The notes beneath the pieces are model-generated. The model saw nothing but the letters and a program-made list of their open reading frames with translations. It was not told the DNA's origin and did no database searches. DNA of 64,000 bases from Bordetella sp. (lineage in GTDB: Bacteria; Pseudomonadota; Gammaproteobacteria; Burkholderiales; Burkholderiaceae_B), in the NCBI GenBank assembly GCA_035493915.1, contig DATJHN010000201.1, positions 325 to 64,324 on the forward strand, read 5' to 3'. A program made the translations under genes and the position numbers. Shown piece by piece: positions 1 through 9,259 of the stretch. Numbering within the stretch: the stretch's first letter is position 1; each line of letters starts with the position of its first letter.

Positions 1-997
1 CCTGCATCAGCATATGGGAATTCCCACGGAAGCCGACTTCCGGCAACAGCACCAGCTTGGCCTTGCCGCCGGCCTTGGCCACCGCATCGATGAACGCCCG
101 GCATTTCTGCAGGCGTGGCGCCCAGCGCGGAGCGATTTCGACGTTGTCGCCATAGACGACCAGTATGGGCATCTTGGTGTATGGGCTCATATCGCCTGTC
201 GGCTCAGGGCATACCGTCGGTTCTATCGCGACGATGCCTGCAATGCCGCTGGTGCTGAGCGCCGCTGTCTGGAAAGGGTAGACACCGCCCTGGGAATGAC
301 TCATCAGGATCGTGCCATGCAGTTGCTGCGCCAGTTTGGACAGGTTGGGCACGGTGGGGTTGGGCGAGGGCAGGGCCGCGAACCAGTCGGGCACCAGCTG
401 CTTCCACAATTCCGCCTGCGCTTCCAACGGGAATTGCAGGTTCGGATAGGGCTTGGGATATTCCGGACCGAAACGGAAAACGGTCCAGGCTTCCTCATGT
501 CCCGCGGCGAACAGAGCGGGCAAGGTATCCGGCGCCGTCTTACCCATCTTCACGCTATTGATGGCGGACGGATCGAAGGCCGAGCGGCCGCGCGCGACCT
601 GATCGATGGTGTATGTGGAAAAGCCCTTGCGCACGAAATATTCCTGCCAGCCCATGCGGCCGTCGGGCGTGGTCTCCCACGACTTGGCCGTCAGGCAGCA
701 GCCGTGGATCAGCGTGATCGGATAGCGCCTGGCATGCAGCGGTATCTGGTAGCTGACATACATCTGGTCGACCGTGATCGTGCCGACCGCACCGCGGCCG
801 GGAGCGGTCGACAGAGTATCCGAATGCACGTCGTGGCCGCCGACGAAAAAGCTGCCTTGCGCCTGTATCGTCAACGGCTTGGCGGCCGGCGGCACGGGTT
901 GCGCGGCCATGGCAGGGCTCAAAGCCGCCACCATCATCAATGCGGCACCTGCCATGGCTCCCCGCACGGCACCGCGCCACTGCGAACCGAATCTCAT
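1..997 (-). CDS. Exported alpha/beta-hydrolase (esterase 713-like), runs off the left edge; absent from the ORF track
   Basis: Manual minus-strand translation from ATG 997 (GGGAG RBS upstream): signal peptide ...LSPAMAAQ, QGSFFVGG, LIHGCCLT, nucleophile motif SHSQGG, GNSHMLMQ near the edge. Confidence 0.85.
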   Translation of the reverse strand, partial: MRFGSQWRGAVRGAMAGAALMMVAALSPAMAAQPVPPAAKPLTIQAQGSFFVGGHDVHSDTLSTAPGRGAVGTITVDQMYVSYQIPLHARRYPITLIHGCCLTAKSWETTPDGRMGWQEYFVRKGFSTYTIDQVARGRSAFDPSAINSVKMGKTAPDTLPALFAAGHEEAWTVFRFGPEYPKPYPNLQFPLEAQAELWKQLVPDWFAALPSPNPTVPNLSKLAQQLHGTILMSHSQGGVYPFQTAALSTSGIAGIVAIEPTVCPEPTGDMSPYTKMPILVVYGDNVEIAPRWAPRLQKCRAFIDAVAKAGGKAKLVLLPEVGFRGNSHMLMQ

Positions 998-1119
998 CAC
1001 CCTGTCTCCCTTTGGTTATTGGATGGCGAGGATCGCGGGTCGCGGGGGCTGCCCCGTTTCCGACGTCCATCGTCCGCCGCAGAGCGTAGCGGGGGCAGCC
1101 TGACGGCAGGCTGAGTGTC

Positions 1120-2097
1120 TTAATTGTGCGACGTGCCGGCCGCCGCCGGATACGGATGCGTCGCCATCCAGTGCCGGGCGATGTCCACGCGACGGCACAG
1201 CCACACTTGTGGCCGCGTGGCGATGTGCGCCAGGAACCGGGTCAGTGCCGTGGCGCGGAAGGGATGCCCGGCCACCCTGCAATGCAGGCCGATGGACATC
1301 ATCTTGGGCTCCACGGCGCCTTCCACCCACAAGGCGTCGAATTGCTCGCGCAATACCTCGAAGAAGTCGGCGCCGGTGTTCAGGCCGCCACGCAGGAATT
1401 TGGCGTCGTTCATGACCTGGGTGTAGGGCACCACCAGGTGCGGACGGCCGCCGGCCGTCGTCCAATAGGGCAGGTCGTCGCTGTACGAATCGCTGTCGTA
1501 TAGAAAGCCGCCATGTTCGGCCACGATGCGCCGCGTATGCACCGTGGGCGCGTAACGGCAATACCAGCCTGCCGGGGCCGCGCCCGTCAATGCCGCGATC
1601 TGTTCACTGGCGGTGTGTATGGCCAGGGCTTCTGCCTCTGGAGTCAGCGTCTGGTGGCGTTCCCAGCGCAGGCCGTGGCCGCACACGTCATAGCGGCCGC
1701 TGGCCACGCCTTCGCGGATGACGGCGGCGATTTCGGGATTGCGTTCCAGCGCGCGCGAACAGGCGAAGAACGTCGCCGGCGCGTGATAGCTCTGCAGGAT
1801 CTTCCAAAGGCGCCAGAAGCCGGCGCGGCTGCCGTATTCGAACATCGACTCGGCGCCCAGGTCGCGGCCGGGAAAGGCGCGGCCGCCGGTCTCGATCAGG
1901 CCGACTTCGCTGTCGGCGTCGCCGTCGGGTACCGAAGGCTCGGAGCCTTCCTCGACGTTGATTACGATGTTGACGGCGATGCGCGCGTCGCCAGGCCAGC
2001 GCGGATCGGGGGGTGTCTTGCCGTAGCCGGCCAGGTCGCGTGGAAGATCGTCAGGGGTCATGGATGCAGGGATGGCTGAAAGATCGTATGCGGGCAT
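1120..2097 (-). CDS. Polysaccharide deacetylase-family protein, allantoinase PuuE-like (start uncertain: 2097 or 2061)
   Basis: RDLAGYG..PPDPRWPG, INVEEG, EYGSRAGFWRL, MMSIGLHCR; adjacent to a ureidoglycolate lyase-like gene. Confidence 0.8.
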   Translation of the reverse strand: MPAYDLSAIPASMTPDDLPRDLAGYGKTPPDPRWPGDARIAVNIVINVEEGSEPSVPDGDADSEVGLIETGGRAFPGRDLGAESMFEYGSRAGFWRLWKILQSYHAPATFFACSRALERNPEIAAVIREGVASGRYDVCGHGLRWERHQTLTPEAEALAIHTASEQIAALTGAAPAGWYCRYAPTVHTRRIVAEHGGFLYDSDSYSDDLPYWTTAGGRPHLVVPYTQVMNDAKFLRGGLNTGADFFEVLREQFDALWVEGAVEPKMMSIGLHCRVAGHPFRATALTRFLAHIATRPQVWLCRRVDIARHWMATHPYPAAAGTSHN

Positions 2098-2125
2098 TTG
2101 CCCGGCGTTTGGATACAGGCGTTGT

Positions 2126-2599
2126 TCAGAGGTCGATGAAAAAAGGCAGAGTGGCGAATTCGGTATCACTGCCGTCGGGCAGGCGCCGCACCATGGAAAC
2201 CAATGCGGCTTCCATGCCGTCGCCCATCAGTCCCGTATGCCACACACCGGGGTGGTAGGCGATGCCCCAGCCAGCCGGAATGTGAATGGCGGTCAACTGA
2301 TCGAGCCGGGATGGCGGTTCGCCCGGCGGCGCGGCCACCACGACCAGCCGGTACGCGCCCAGCGGAACAAAGGCCTGTACGGAATAGGGATGCCGCTCCA
2401 GCCCATTCAACGGGCCGGCCGCGCGGCAGGCGCGCGCGCGGATCACCGTGGCGGTGAAGGCGCCGCGCGCCTCGCCGCCGCCGGCGTCCAAGGGCACGGG
2501 GATGCGCTCGTCGCCGGGCGTGACCGGAAAGGCCACGCCATACGGCGCCAGGCGTGCGTCGCCGTCTTCAGGCCGAACGACGATGTGCTGCAATGCCAT
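2126..2599 (-). CDS. Ureidoglycolate lyase (AllA) family cupin
   Basis: LERHPYSVQAFVP and GIAYHPGVWH motifs. Confidence 0.75.
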   Translation of the reverse strand: MALQHIVVRPEDGDARLAPYGVAFPVTPGDERIPVPLDAGGGEARGAFTATVIRARACRAAGPLNGLERHPYSVQAFVPLGAYRLVVVAAPPGEPPSRLDQLTAIHIPAGWGIAYHPGVWHTGLMGDGMEAALVSMVRRLPDGSDTEFATLPFFIDL

Positions 2600-3944
2600 G
2601 AGACTCCTTTGCTCTATTGGCGCGTTCGCTCGCGGCCAACTCGCTGCGCGAGAAGGCCCAGGTCAACAGCGCGCCCAGGATGACGAAACCCGCGAAGATG
2701 GCGCCCGTGGCCGCGAAGCCGCCGGTCACGTCGTGGCTCCAGCCCAGTAGCGGCGGGGCGAGTATGCCGCTCAGGTTGGCCAGGGAATTGATCAATGCCA
2801 CGGCAGCCGCTGCCGCCGTGCCCGTCAGCAGGGACGTCGGCAGCGTCCACAGCATGGTGTTGGCGGCGTAGACGCCCGCGGCGGCAACGATCAGTCCCAC
2901 CAGCGCCGCCGCGTGGTTACCCAGTACGAAGGTGGTGAACACGAAGCCAACGGAGGCCAGCACCAGCGCGGCACCCAGGTGGCCGATCTTCTCGCGCTTC
3001 ATGTCGGAATGCCGCGCCCACAGATACATCGCGCACACCCCCGCCAGAAAGGGCAGGACGCTCAGGAAGCCCACGGCGGTGTTGGAAAAGCCGAAGCTCT
3101 TGATGATTTGCGGCAGGAAGAAGGCGATACCGGTCACGCCGAACACAATGCAGAAAAGAATGCCGGCAAGCAACAGTACGCCCGGCGACGTGAAGGCCTC
3201 GGACAATTTGTATTTGCGCACGGCCTCCAGGCTGCGGCGCTCTTCGTCGAGTATCGCTTCCAGCCGGTCGCGCTCGGCCGGCGCCAGCCAGGCAGCCTTG
3301 GCGGGACGGTCCGTCAGCAGCCACAGGCAGGCGATACCCAGCACGAAGGCGGGTAAGGCCTCGATGATGAACATCCATTTCCAGCCCGCCAGGCCGGCCA
3401 GGCCATTCATGTGATCGAGCACATAGCCGGAGATCGGGCTGCCGATCAGGCCGGATACGGGAATCGACATCATGAAAATACTGGTGAATCGGGCCCGGTA
3501 GGACTTGGGAAACCAATAGCTGATGTACATCACGATGCCGGGGAAAAAGCCGGCCTCGGCCACGCCGAGCAGGAAGCGCAGGAGATAAAAGCTTTTTTCG
3601 CCCTGGACAAAGGCCATGCAGGCCGAAACGATGCCCCAGGTAATCATGATGCGGGCGATCCAGCGGCGCGGGCCCACTTTGTCCAGGATCAGGTTACTGG
3701 GCACTTCGAAAATGAAGTAGCTGACGAAAAACATGCTGGCGCCGAAGCCATAGACGGCATTCGAAAACCCCAGGTCCGCGTTCATCTGCAAGGCCGCGAA
3801 GGAAATATTGACCCTGTCCAGATAGGCGCAGACATACAGAATCATGATGAGCGGGATAAGACGGCGCGCTGCTTTCGCGATAACCGCCTTGTCGTCGGCC
3901 GGGACGGCATGACCGCCCGGAGAAGTGCTGCTGGTGTGAGCCAT
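2568..3944 (-). CDS. MFS transporter, anion:cation symporter family (tartrate/allantoate-like)
   Basis: YLDRVNISFA, FEVPSN, AEAGFFPG, about 12 TM segments; start re-picked at MAHTSS. Confidence 0.9.
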   Translation of the reverse strand: MAHTSSTSPGGHAVPADDKAVIAKAARRLIPLIMILYVCAYLDRVNISFAALQMNADLGFSNAVYGFGASMFFVSYFIFEVPSNLILDKVGPRRWIARIMITWGIVSACMAFVQGEKSFYLLRFLLGVAEAGFFPGIVMYISYWFPKSYRARFTSIFMMSIPVSGLIGSPISGYVLDHMNGLAGLAGWKWMFIIEALPAFVLGIACLWLLTDRPAKAAWLAPAERDRLEAILDEERRSLEAVRKYKLSEAFTSPGVLLLAGILFCIVFGVTGIAFFLPQIIKSFGFSNTAVGFLSVLPFLAGVCAMYLWARHSDMKREKIGHLGAALVLASVGFVFTTFVLGNHAAALVGLIVAAAGVYAANTMLWTLPTSLLTGTAAAAAVALINSLANLSGILAPPLLGWSHDVTGGFAATGAIFAGFVILGALLTWAFSRSELAASERANRAKESHGIAAHRRSA

Positions 3945-4097
3945 GATGTAAACCCCTTGGAATAGTTGGTTCGCCGATCCAGGGCTTGCCGACCCTGGTG
4001 TGAGCCCGTTCGAGTACTCATGCGGCTCCTTCCCGGGCCGACAGGCCCCAGGTCGGCGCCCGGTGGATGCTATGCTCGGCCCCAACCCGCAACAAGC

Positions 4098-4141
4098 CGG
4101 ATTTCTCGGAATCCGGAATTTTTGTTCTCGAATTTGGAAAG
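4098..4141. promoter_or_regulatory. Candidate IclR operator region between the divergent MFS and IclR genes
   Basis: Two imperfect dyads (TTTCTCGGAATCCGGAA and TTCTCGAATTTGGAAA) just upstream of the IclR start. Confidence 0.35.
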
Positions 4142-4154
4142 CAGGAATAGCGCC

Positions 4155-4916
4155 GTGGATGACGCCCCGATAGACAAGACACTGGCCATCATGGAAGCGG
4201 TGGCGGCCGCTCGCAGTCCGCTCTCCGTCACGGAGATCGCCGACCTGACCGGACTGTCCATGCCGACCGCGCATCGGCTCGTCGTGCAATTGATCGACCG
4301 CAACGTGCTTGCGCGGCACCTGTCATCCAAGCGCGTCATGCCGGGGGCGCGCCTGACCCGGCTGGGCATCGACGCGGTGCAGACATCGCTGAGCGCCGAC
4401 CAGCCGCACGCCTTGCTGAAGTCGCTGGCGATTTCGCTGGGCGAGTTCGCCCAGATCAGCATGGTGGTGGACGGCGAACTGGTCTGCGTGGATGCCGCCG
4501 CGGTGCGCCGGCCAGGGGGCCTGCACCTGGAGCAGGGCAACAAGGGGCCGCTGCATTGCACGTCCATCGGTAAGCTGCATCTGGCCCATATGCCGGACGA
4601 CGCGCTGTCGGCCTGGCTGCGTTCATCGACGCGGCGCAAGTTCACCAGCAAGACCTTGACCAGCGAAACGCGTCTGCGCGCGCATTTCAACGAGATCCGC
4701 GCCCAGGGCTGGGCGTCGTGCAACGAGGAATGGAACGCGGGCGTCGTAGGGGTAGGGGTGCGCATTCCCGTGCGCAGCAATGCTTTTATCGGGCTGTGCA
4801 TCTCCGCGCCCACGGCGCGCATGAACTACGAAGAGATGGTCGGCAATGTCCCGATGCTGCATAAGTTCGCCGCGGATATTGCCCTGGCGTTCGAAGCGTC
4901 CAGCGGCGGCTCCTGA
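4155..4916 (+). CDS. IclR-family transcriptional regulator
   Basis: HTH LSVTEIADLTGLSMPTAHRL, PLHCTSIGK, C-terminal effector domain; GTG start. Confidence 0.9.
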   Translation: MDDAPIDKTLAIMEAVAAARSPLSVTEIADLTGLSMPTAHRLVVQLIDRNVLARHLSSKRVMPGARLTRLGIDAVQTSLSADQPHALLKSLAISLGEFAQISMVVDGELVCVDAAAVRRPGGLHLEQGNKGPLHCTSIGKLHLAHMPDDALSAWLRSSTRRKFTSKTLTSETRLRAHFNEIRAQGWASCNEEWNAGVVGVGVRIPVRSNAFIGLCISAPTARMNYEEMVGNVPMLHKFAADIALAFEASSGGS

Positions 4917-5134
4917 TCACTGCTCACGATCCAATCCATTGGATTAAGAAAACTATGCAAGCCATTGTTTAATAACGAGTTATTATTACTCATAAGAAAA
5001 TAGTTTAAGTGTGGACCGCGTATCGTCATGAAACGGTCATCGCGCGGCGGTATTGATGGGCGCCAACGCGGAATACCCGCATGCGCACGGTGGTTGCCGT
5101 CGCCCCGTTCATCGATTTTCTGGCTGTTTCATCA

Positions 5135-6169
5135 ATGGATACTTCCGCCCACACGGATCGGCTTGCGGGCCGCAACCGGCTACTCGCACTGACCGCAGGC
5201 CCCGGCGGGCTGATCTGCGCCTTCCGCTTCGGCAACGGACAGCCCGTCCGCCTGAACTGGGCCGACATACAGGACGCGCCGCCCGCCGCACCGGGTGAAT
5301 TCACCTGGCTGCACCTTAAGATCGCCGACAGCCGCATCCATGACTGGCTGGAACAGGCTCAGGACATTCCTGAAGCCGCGCGCGTCTTCCTGGCGGGGCG
5401 CGACACGCGTCCGCGCCTGCACGTGACCGATGACGGCGTGTATGGCCTGCTGGTGGACATGAAAATGGACACCGACGCGCAGGACGACGAAAAAGGCGTC
5501 CTGCATTTCTTCATGGACGGGACGCGCCTGATCACCGTGCGCACGCGGGCACTGCATTCCACCGACAGGCTGCGGCGCCTGATCGAGGAGGGCGCTGACT
5601 ACGATTGCACGTTGAATCTGCTGGCGGGCCTGCTGCAATGCCTGCATGAAGGCTTCCTGGAAAAGCTCGAGGCCCTGACCGACGAAGTCGACGACATCGA
5701 GGCATCGGTACTGTCCGATCGCCAGGAAGCCGACCGCAGCGCGCTCAGCGCCGTGCGCCGCCAACTGGCGGAATTCCGCCGCTATATCAATCCGGAACGG
5801 AACATACTGGGGCGGCTGTGCACACTGGGGCACCACTGGGCCGACAGCCAGGCGCAGGACCACCTGGCCCAGGTCATCGATGCGCTGCACGGCCTGGCGG
5901 GCACCATCGATGCCCTGTACGAGCGGGCCAAGCTGCTGCAGGAAGAAATCGCGTCGCAGATGGCGGAAGAAATGAACCGCAACCTGATGGTGCTGTCCAT
6001 TCTGACCGCCTTGCTGATGCCCGGCACGCTGCTGTCGGGGATCTTCGGCATGAACATGGCGGACGTTCCGGGATTGCAGGCGCCGGGCGCGTTCTGGTGG
6101 GTTCTTTGCCTGATGGCGGCGCTGGGTGCCGGGATGCTGTTGCTGTTGAAGAAGCTGAAGCTTTTCTAA
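5135..6169 (+). CDS. CorA/ZntB-family divalent cation transporter
   Basis: Large soluble domain plus two C-terminal TMs with the GIFGMN signature. Confidence 0.88.
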   Translation: MDTSAHTDRLAGRNRLLALTAGPGGLICAFRFGNGQPVRLNWADIQDAPPAAPGEFTWLHLKIADSRIHDWLEQAQDIPEAARVFLAGRDTRPRLHVTDDGVYGLLVDMKMDTDAQDDEKGVLHFFMDGTRLITVRTRALHSTDRLRRLIEEGADYDCTLNLLAGLLQCLHEGFLEKLEALTDEVDDIEASVLSDRQEADRSALSAVRRQLAEFRRYINPERNILGRLCTLGHHWADSQAQDHLAQVIDALHGLAGTIDALYERAKLLQEEIASQMAEEMNRNLMVLSILTALLMPGTLLSGIFGMNMADVPGLQAPGAFWWVLCLMAALGAGMLLLLKKLKLF

Positions 6170-6181
6170 GGGCAGTGTGGT

Positions 6182-6201
6182 CCGCGGCCCGGAGGCCGCG
6201 G
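6182..6201. terminator. Hairpin between convergent genes
   Basis: CCGCGGCC-CGGA-GGCCGCGG perfect 8-bp stem. Confidence 0.6.
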
Positions 6202-6206
6202 CTTTA

Positions 6207-7829
6207 TCAGAACACGTGGCGCAGTATCCAGTACAGCCCGCCGGACAGCAACATGGCGGCCGGCAGGGTCAGCACCCAGGCCAGGGCCAGGTTGCGCAGC
6301 GTCGACCATTGCAGGCCGGAGCGGTTGGCGGCCATCGTGCCGGCCACGCCCGAGGACAGCACGTGCGTCGTCGATACCGGCAGGCCATACATGTCCGCCG
6401 CGCCGATGGTCAGCATGGCCACGACTTCGGCCGATGCGCCTTGCGCATAGGTCAGGTGGGTCTTGCCGATCTTTTCGCCCACGGTCACGACGATGCGCTT
6501 CCAGCCAACCATGGTACCCAGGCCCAGCGCGATCGCCACCGCCACCTTCACCCACAGGGGGATGAACTTGGTGGACGCGTCGAGTTCCTTCCTGAACGCA
6601 TCGACATTGGCCTGCGTGTCGTGGTCGAAGCCGGAGTCGCCGTTCTTCTTCAGGTGGCCGATGGTTTCCGACGCCAGGTACATGTCGTTGCGGACGTTGC
6701 CCACGGCCTCGGCGGGCACGGCGGCCAGCGTGCCGTAGTGGCCGACCTGGTCTCCGATGGAGCTCGTCAGCGCGGCCAGCGCGGGCACTACGTTGGGGTT
6801 CATCTCATTCGTGCGGATATACGTCGTCAGCGTCGTGCGTGCATTGGCTGTCGTCGGCGCGGGCGTGGGCGCGGCCTTGGTCAGGGACTGCTGCGTGGCC
6901 TGGGCTACCGCGACGAAGCGGTTCATGTCGTCGGTGGGCATGGCGCGATTCAGGCCATAGGTCAGGGGCACGGTACCCACCAGGATCAGCATGATCAGGC
7001 CCATGCCTTTCTGGCCGTCGTTCGAACCGTGTGCGAAGGACACGCCGGTGCAGGTCAGGACCAGCAGGCCGCGGATCCACCAGGGCGGCGGGCTGTCAGC
7101 CTTGGGTTCCTGGTACAGCTCGCGGTTCTTGACGAAGGAGCGCAGCACGACCAGCAGCAGCGCGGAACAGATAAAGCCCACGATCGGCGAAACCAGCAGC
7201 GTCACGCCGACGCTCTGGGCCTGACCCCAATCGACGCCGGCGGTGCCGTCACGGCCGTTCATCAGGGCATTGGCCACTCCCACGCCGATGATGGAGCCGA
7301 TCAGCGTATGCGAGGATGATGCCGGCAATCCCAGCCACCACGTGGCCAGGTTCCACATGATGGCGGCGATCAACAGGGAGAACACCATCGCGAAGCCCGC
7401 GCCGGAACCAACTTGCAGAATCAGTTCCACCGGCAGCAGCGAAATAATGCCGAAGGCCACCGCGCCGCTGGACAGCAGCACGCCGATGAAATTGAACAGG
7501 CCCGACCACATTACCGCGAAGTTGGGCGGCAGCGAGTTGGTGTAGATCACCGTCGCCACGGCATTCGCCGTATCGTGAAAGCCGTTGACGAACTCGAAGC
7601 CCAGCGCGATCAGCAGCGCCACGCCCAGCAGCACCACGGGCAGGAAGGCGGTCATCCGCGCATGCGAATTGTCCACGTCGGTGAACAGGCTGTAGCCGGT
7701 GTAAAGCAGGCCGATGGCCAACAGGCCGACGAAGACAATGATCGTCGTGGGACCGGTGCGCTGATCGAAGCGCGGTCGGGCCGCGCCGTGAGATGGCGGC
7801 AGGGCCGCGGTCTCGGTTGCGGAATTCAT
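6207..7829 (-). CDS. pitA: Inorganic phosphate transporter, PiT family
   Basis: NGFHDTANAVAT, PASSSH, HGSNDGQK, PVSTTH motifs. Confidence 0.93.
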   Translation of the reverse strand: MNSATETAALPPSHGAARPRFDQRTGPTTIIVFVGLLAIGLLYTGYSLFTDVDNSHARMTAFLPVVLLGVALLIALGFEFVNGFHDTANAVATVIYTNSLPPNFAVMWSGLFNFIGVLLSSGAVAFGIISLLPVELILQVGSGAGFAMVFSLLIAAIMWNLATWWLGLPASSSHTLIGSIIGVGVANALMNGRDGTAGVDWGQAQSVGVTLLVSPIVGFICSALLLVVLRSFVKNRELYQEPKADSPPPWWIRGLLVLTCTGVSFAHGSNDGQKGMGLIMLILVGTVPLTYGLNRAMPTDDMNRFVAVAQATQQSLTKAAPTPAPTTANARTTLTTYIRTNEMNPNVVPALAALTSSIGDQVGHYGTLAAVPAEAVGNVRNDMYLASETIGHLKKNGDSGFDHDTQANVDAFRKELDASTKFIPLWVKVAVAIALGLGTMVGWKRIVVTVGEKIGKTHLTYAQGASAEVVAMLTIGAADMYGLPVSTTHVLSSGVAGTMAANRSGLQWSTLRNLALAWVLTLPAAMLLSGGLYWILRHVF

Positions 7830-7898
7830 GGGTATGCCTCTCTAGTTGGAAGAATGACCAGGCCCGCGCCGGCATCGGACCGGCGCGAGACGCATCTC

Positions 7899-8816
7899 TT
7901 AGTACAGTTCCGGGACAATGATCTCGGCCGGAACGGGGTGGCGGACATAATCCGCGTGGCGCTCGCGCGGGGGCAGCACGATGGTCGGGCGCTCGATCTC
8001 CTGGTATTTCATCTGCGTCAGGAGATGCGCGATGCAATTCAGGCGAGCGCGCTTTTTGTCGACGGCCTGCACCACCCACCAGGGCGCTTCGGGAATATGC
8101 GTGCGTTCCAGCATGGTTTCCTTGGCGCGCGTATAGGCTTCCCAACGGCGCCGCGATTCCAGGTCCATGGGGCTGAGCTTCCACTGTTTCAGCGGATCGT
8201 TGATGCGGCCCAGGAAGCGCAGATGCTGCTCTTCATCGGTAATGGAAAACCAGTACTTGATCAGCTGGATGCCCGAGCGGACCAGCATTTTTTCGAACTC
8301 GGGCACGTCGCGGAAGAACTCTTCGTACTGGTCGTCGTTGCAGAAGCCCATGACGTGCTCGACGCCGGCGCGGTTGTACCAGCTACGGTCGAACAGCACG
8401 ATTTCGCCGGCGGCCGGCAGATGCGAGACGTAGCGCTGGAAATACCACTGCGTGCGCTCGCGGTCGTTGGGCGCGGGCAGGGCGGCCACGCGGGCCACGC
8501 GGGGGTTCAGGCGCTGCGTAATGCGTTTGATCACGCCGCCCTTGCCGGCGGCATCGCGGCCTTCGAACAGGATCACCACCTTGTGGCCGGTCGCGACCAC
8601 CCAGTTCTGCAGCTTTACCAGCTCGCCTTGCAGGCGGAACAGCTCGCGAAAGTAAGTGCGGCGCCAGGCCTTCTCTTCGTCGGAGGGCATGTGGGCGGGC
8701 TCGCCCTGTAATTCCTCGTACGTGCGGTCTTCCAGTTCCAGTTCGAGTTCTTCGTCGTAATGGTCGGCCACGTCGCGGTGTATCCGGCGCACCAGTTCAT
8801 CGTCAATCGCATCCAC
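7899..8816 (-). CDS. ppk2: Polyphosphate kinase 2 (single domain, class I-like)
   Basis: Walker A EGRDAAGKGG, FDRSWYNR, KQWKLSPMD. Confidence 0.95.
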   Translation of the reverse strand: MDAIDDELVRRIHRDVADHYDEELELELEDRTYEELQGEPAHMPSDEEKAWRRTYFRELFRLQGELVKLQNWVVATGHKVVILFEGRDAAGKGGVIKRITQRLNPRVARVAALPAPNDRERTQWYFQRYVSHLPAAGEIVLFDRSWYNRAGVEHVMGFCNDDQYEEFFRDVPEFEKMLVRSGIQLIKYWFSITDEEQHLRFLGRINDPLKQWKLSPMDLESRRRWEAYTRAKETMLERTHIPEAPWWVVQAVDKKRARLNCIAHLLTQMKYQEIERPTIVLPPRERHADYVRHPVPAEIIVPELY

Positions 8817-8848
8817 ATCCAGCTCCCTGTTGACTGCAGGGGGATGCT

Positions 8849-8877
8849 ATGACGCATCGATGACAACGAAGTTACGG
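8849..8877 (-). promoter_or_regulatory. Pho box (three PhoB half-site repeats) upstream of ppk2-pitA
   Basis: Minus strand CCGTAAC-ttcg-TTGTCAT-cgat-GCGTCAT: exact 11-bp period resembling the CTGTCAT consensus. Confidence 0.7.
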
Positions 8878-9259
8878 TCGCAAGGGTTCAGGCTTGGCTC
8901 TTGAAACCGTCTTCTTCCGAAATGGAAGGTTTAGAAATAATTGGCTCATGTGCGACCACTAAGTGAATCTAATCGCAATAAGACGCGCCGTTGGCATCAC
9001 ATATGAAACCTTCGTCCATTTGCGCCAGGGCGTATGGGGCTCACCCCCCATCCTGCTGCTTTTCCCCACCATACGCCCGATGGAAGGGATGAGCACCCAC
9101 GTGACAGCATGCATGCAGGTCGTATTCCTGACGAAATGTAAGGCGTAGGACCTTGGCAGCCGTCGTTTCTCCTAAGCCGCATCCGACTGCTTGACTGCAT
9201 CGGTATGCCGGGTTGACCGCGGTATTCCGGGTGGGTGACATAGAGGCCACACGTTCATC

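Noticed and set aside
14-1114. 366-aa plus-strand ORF
   Set aside because: Antisense shadow of the minus-strand esterase; no recognisable motifs
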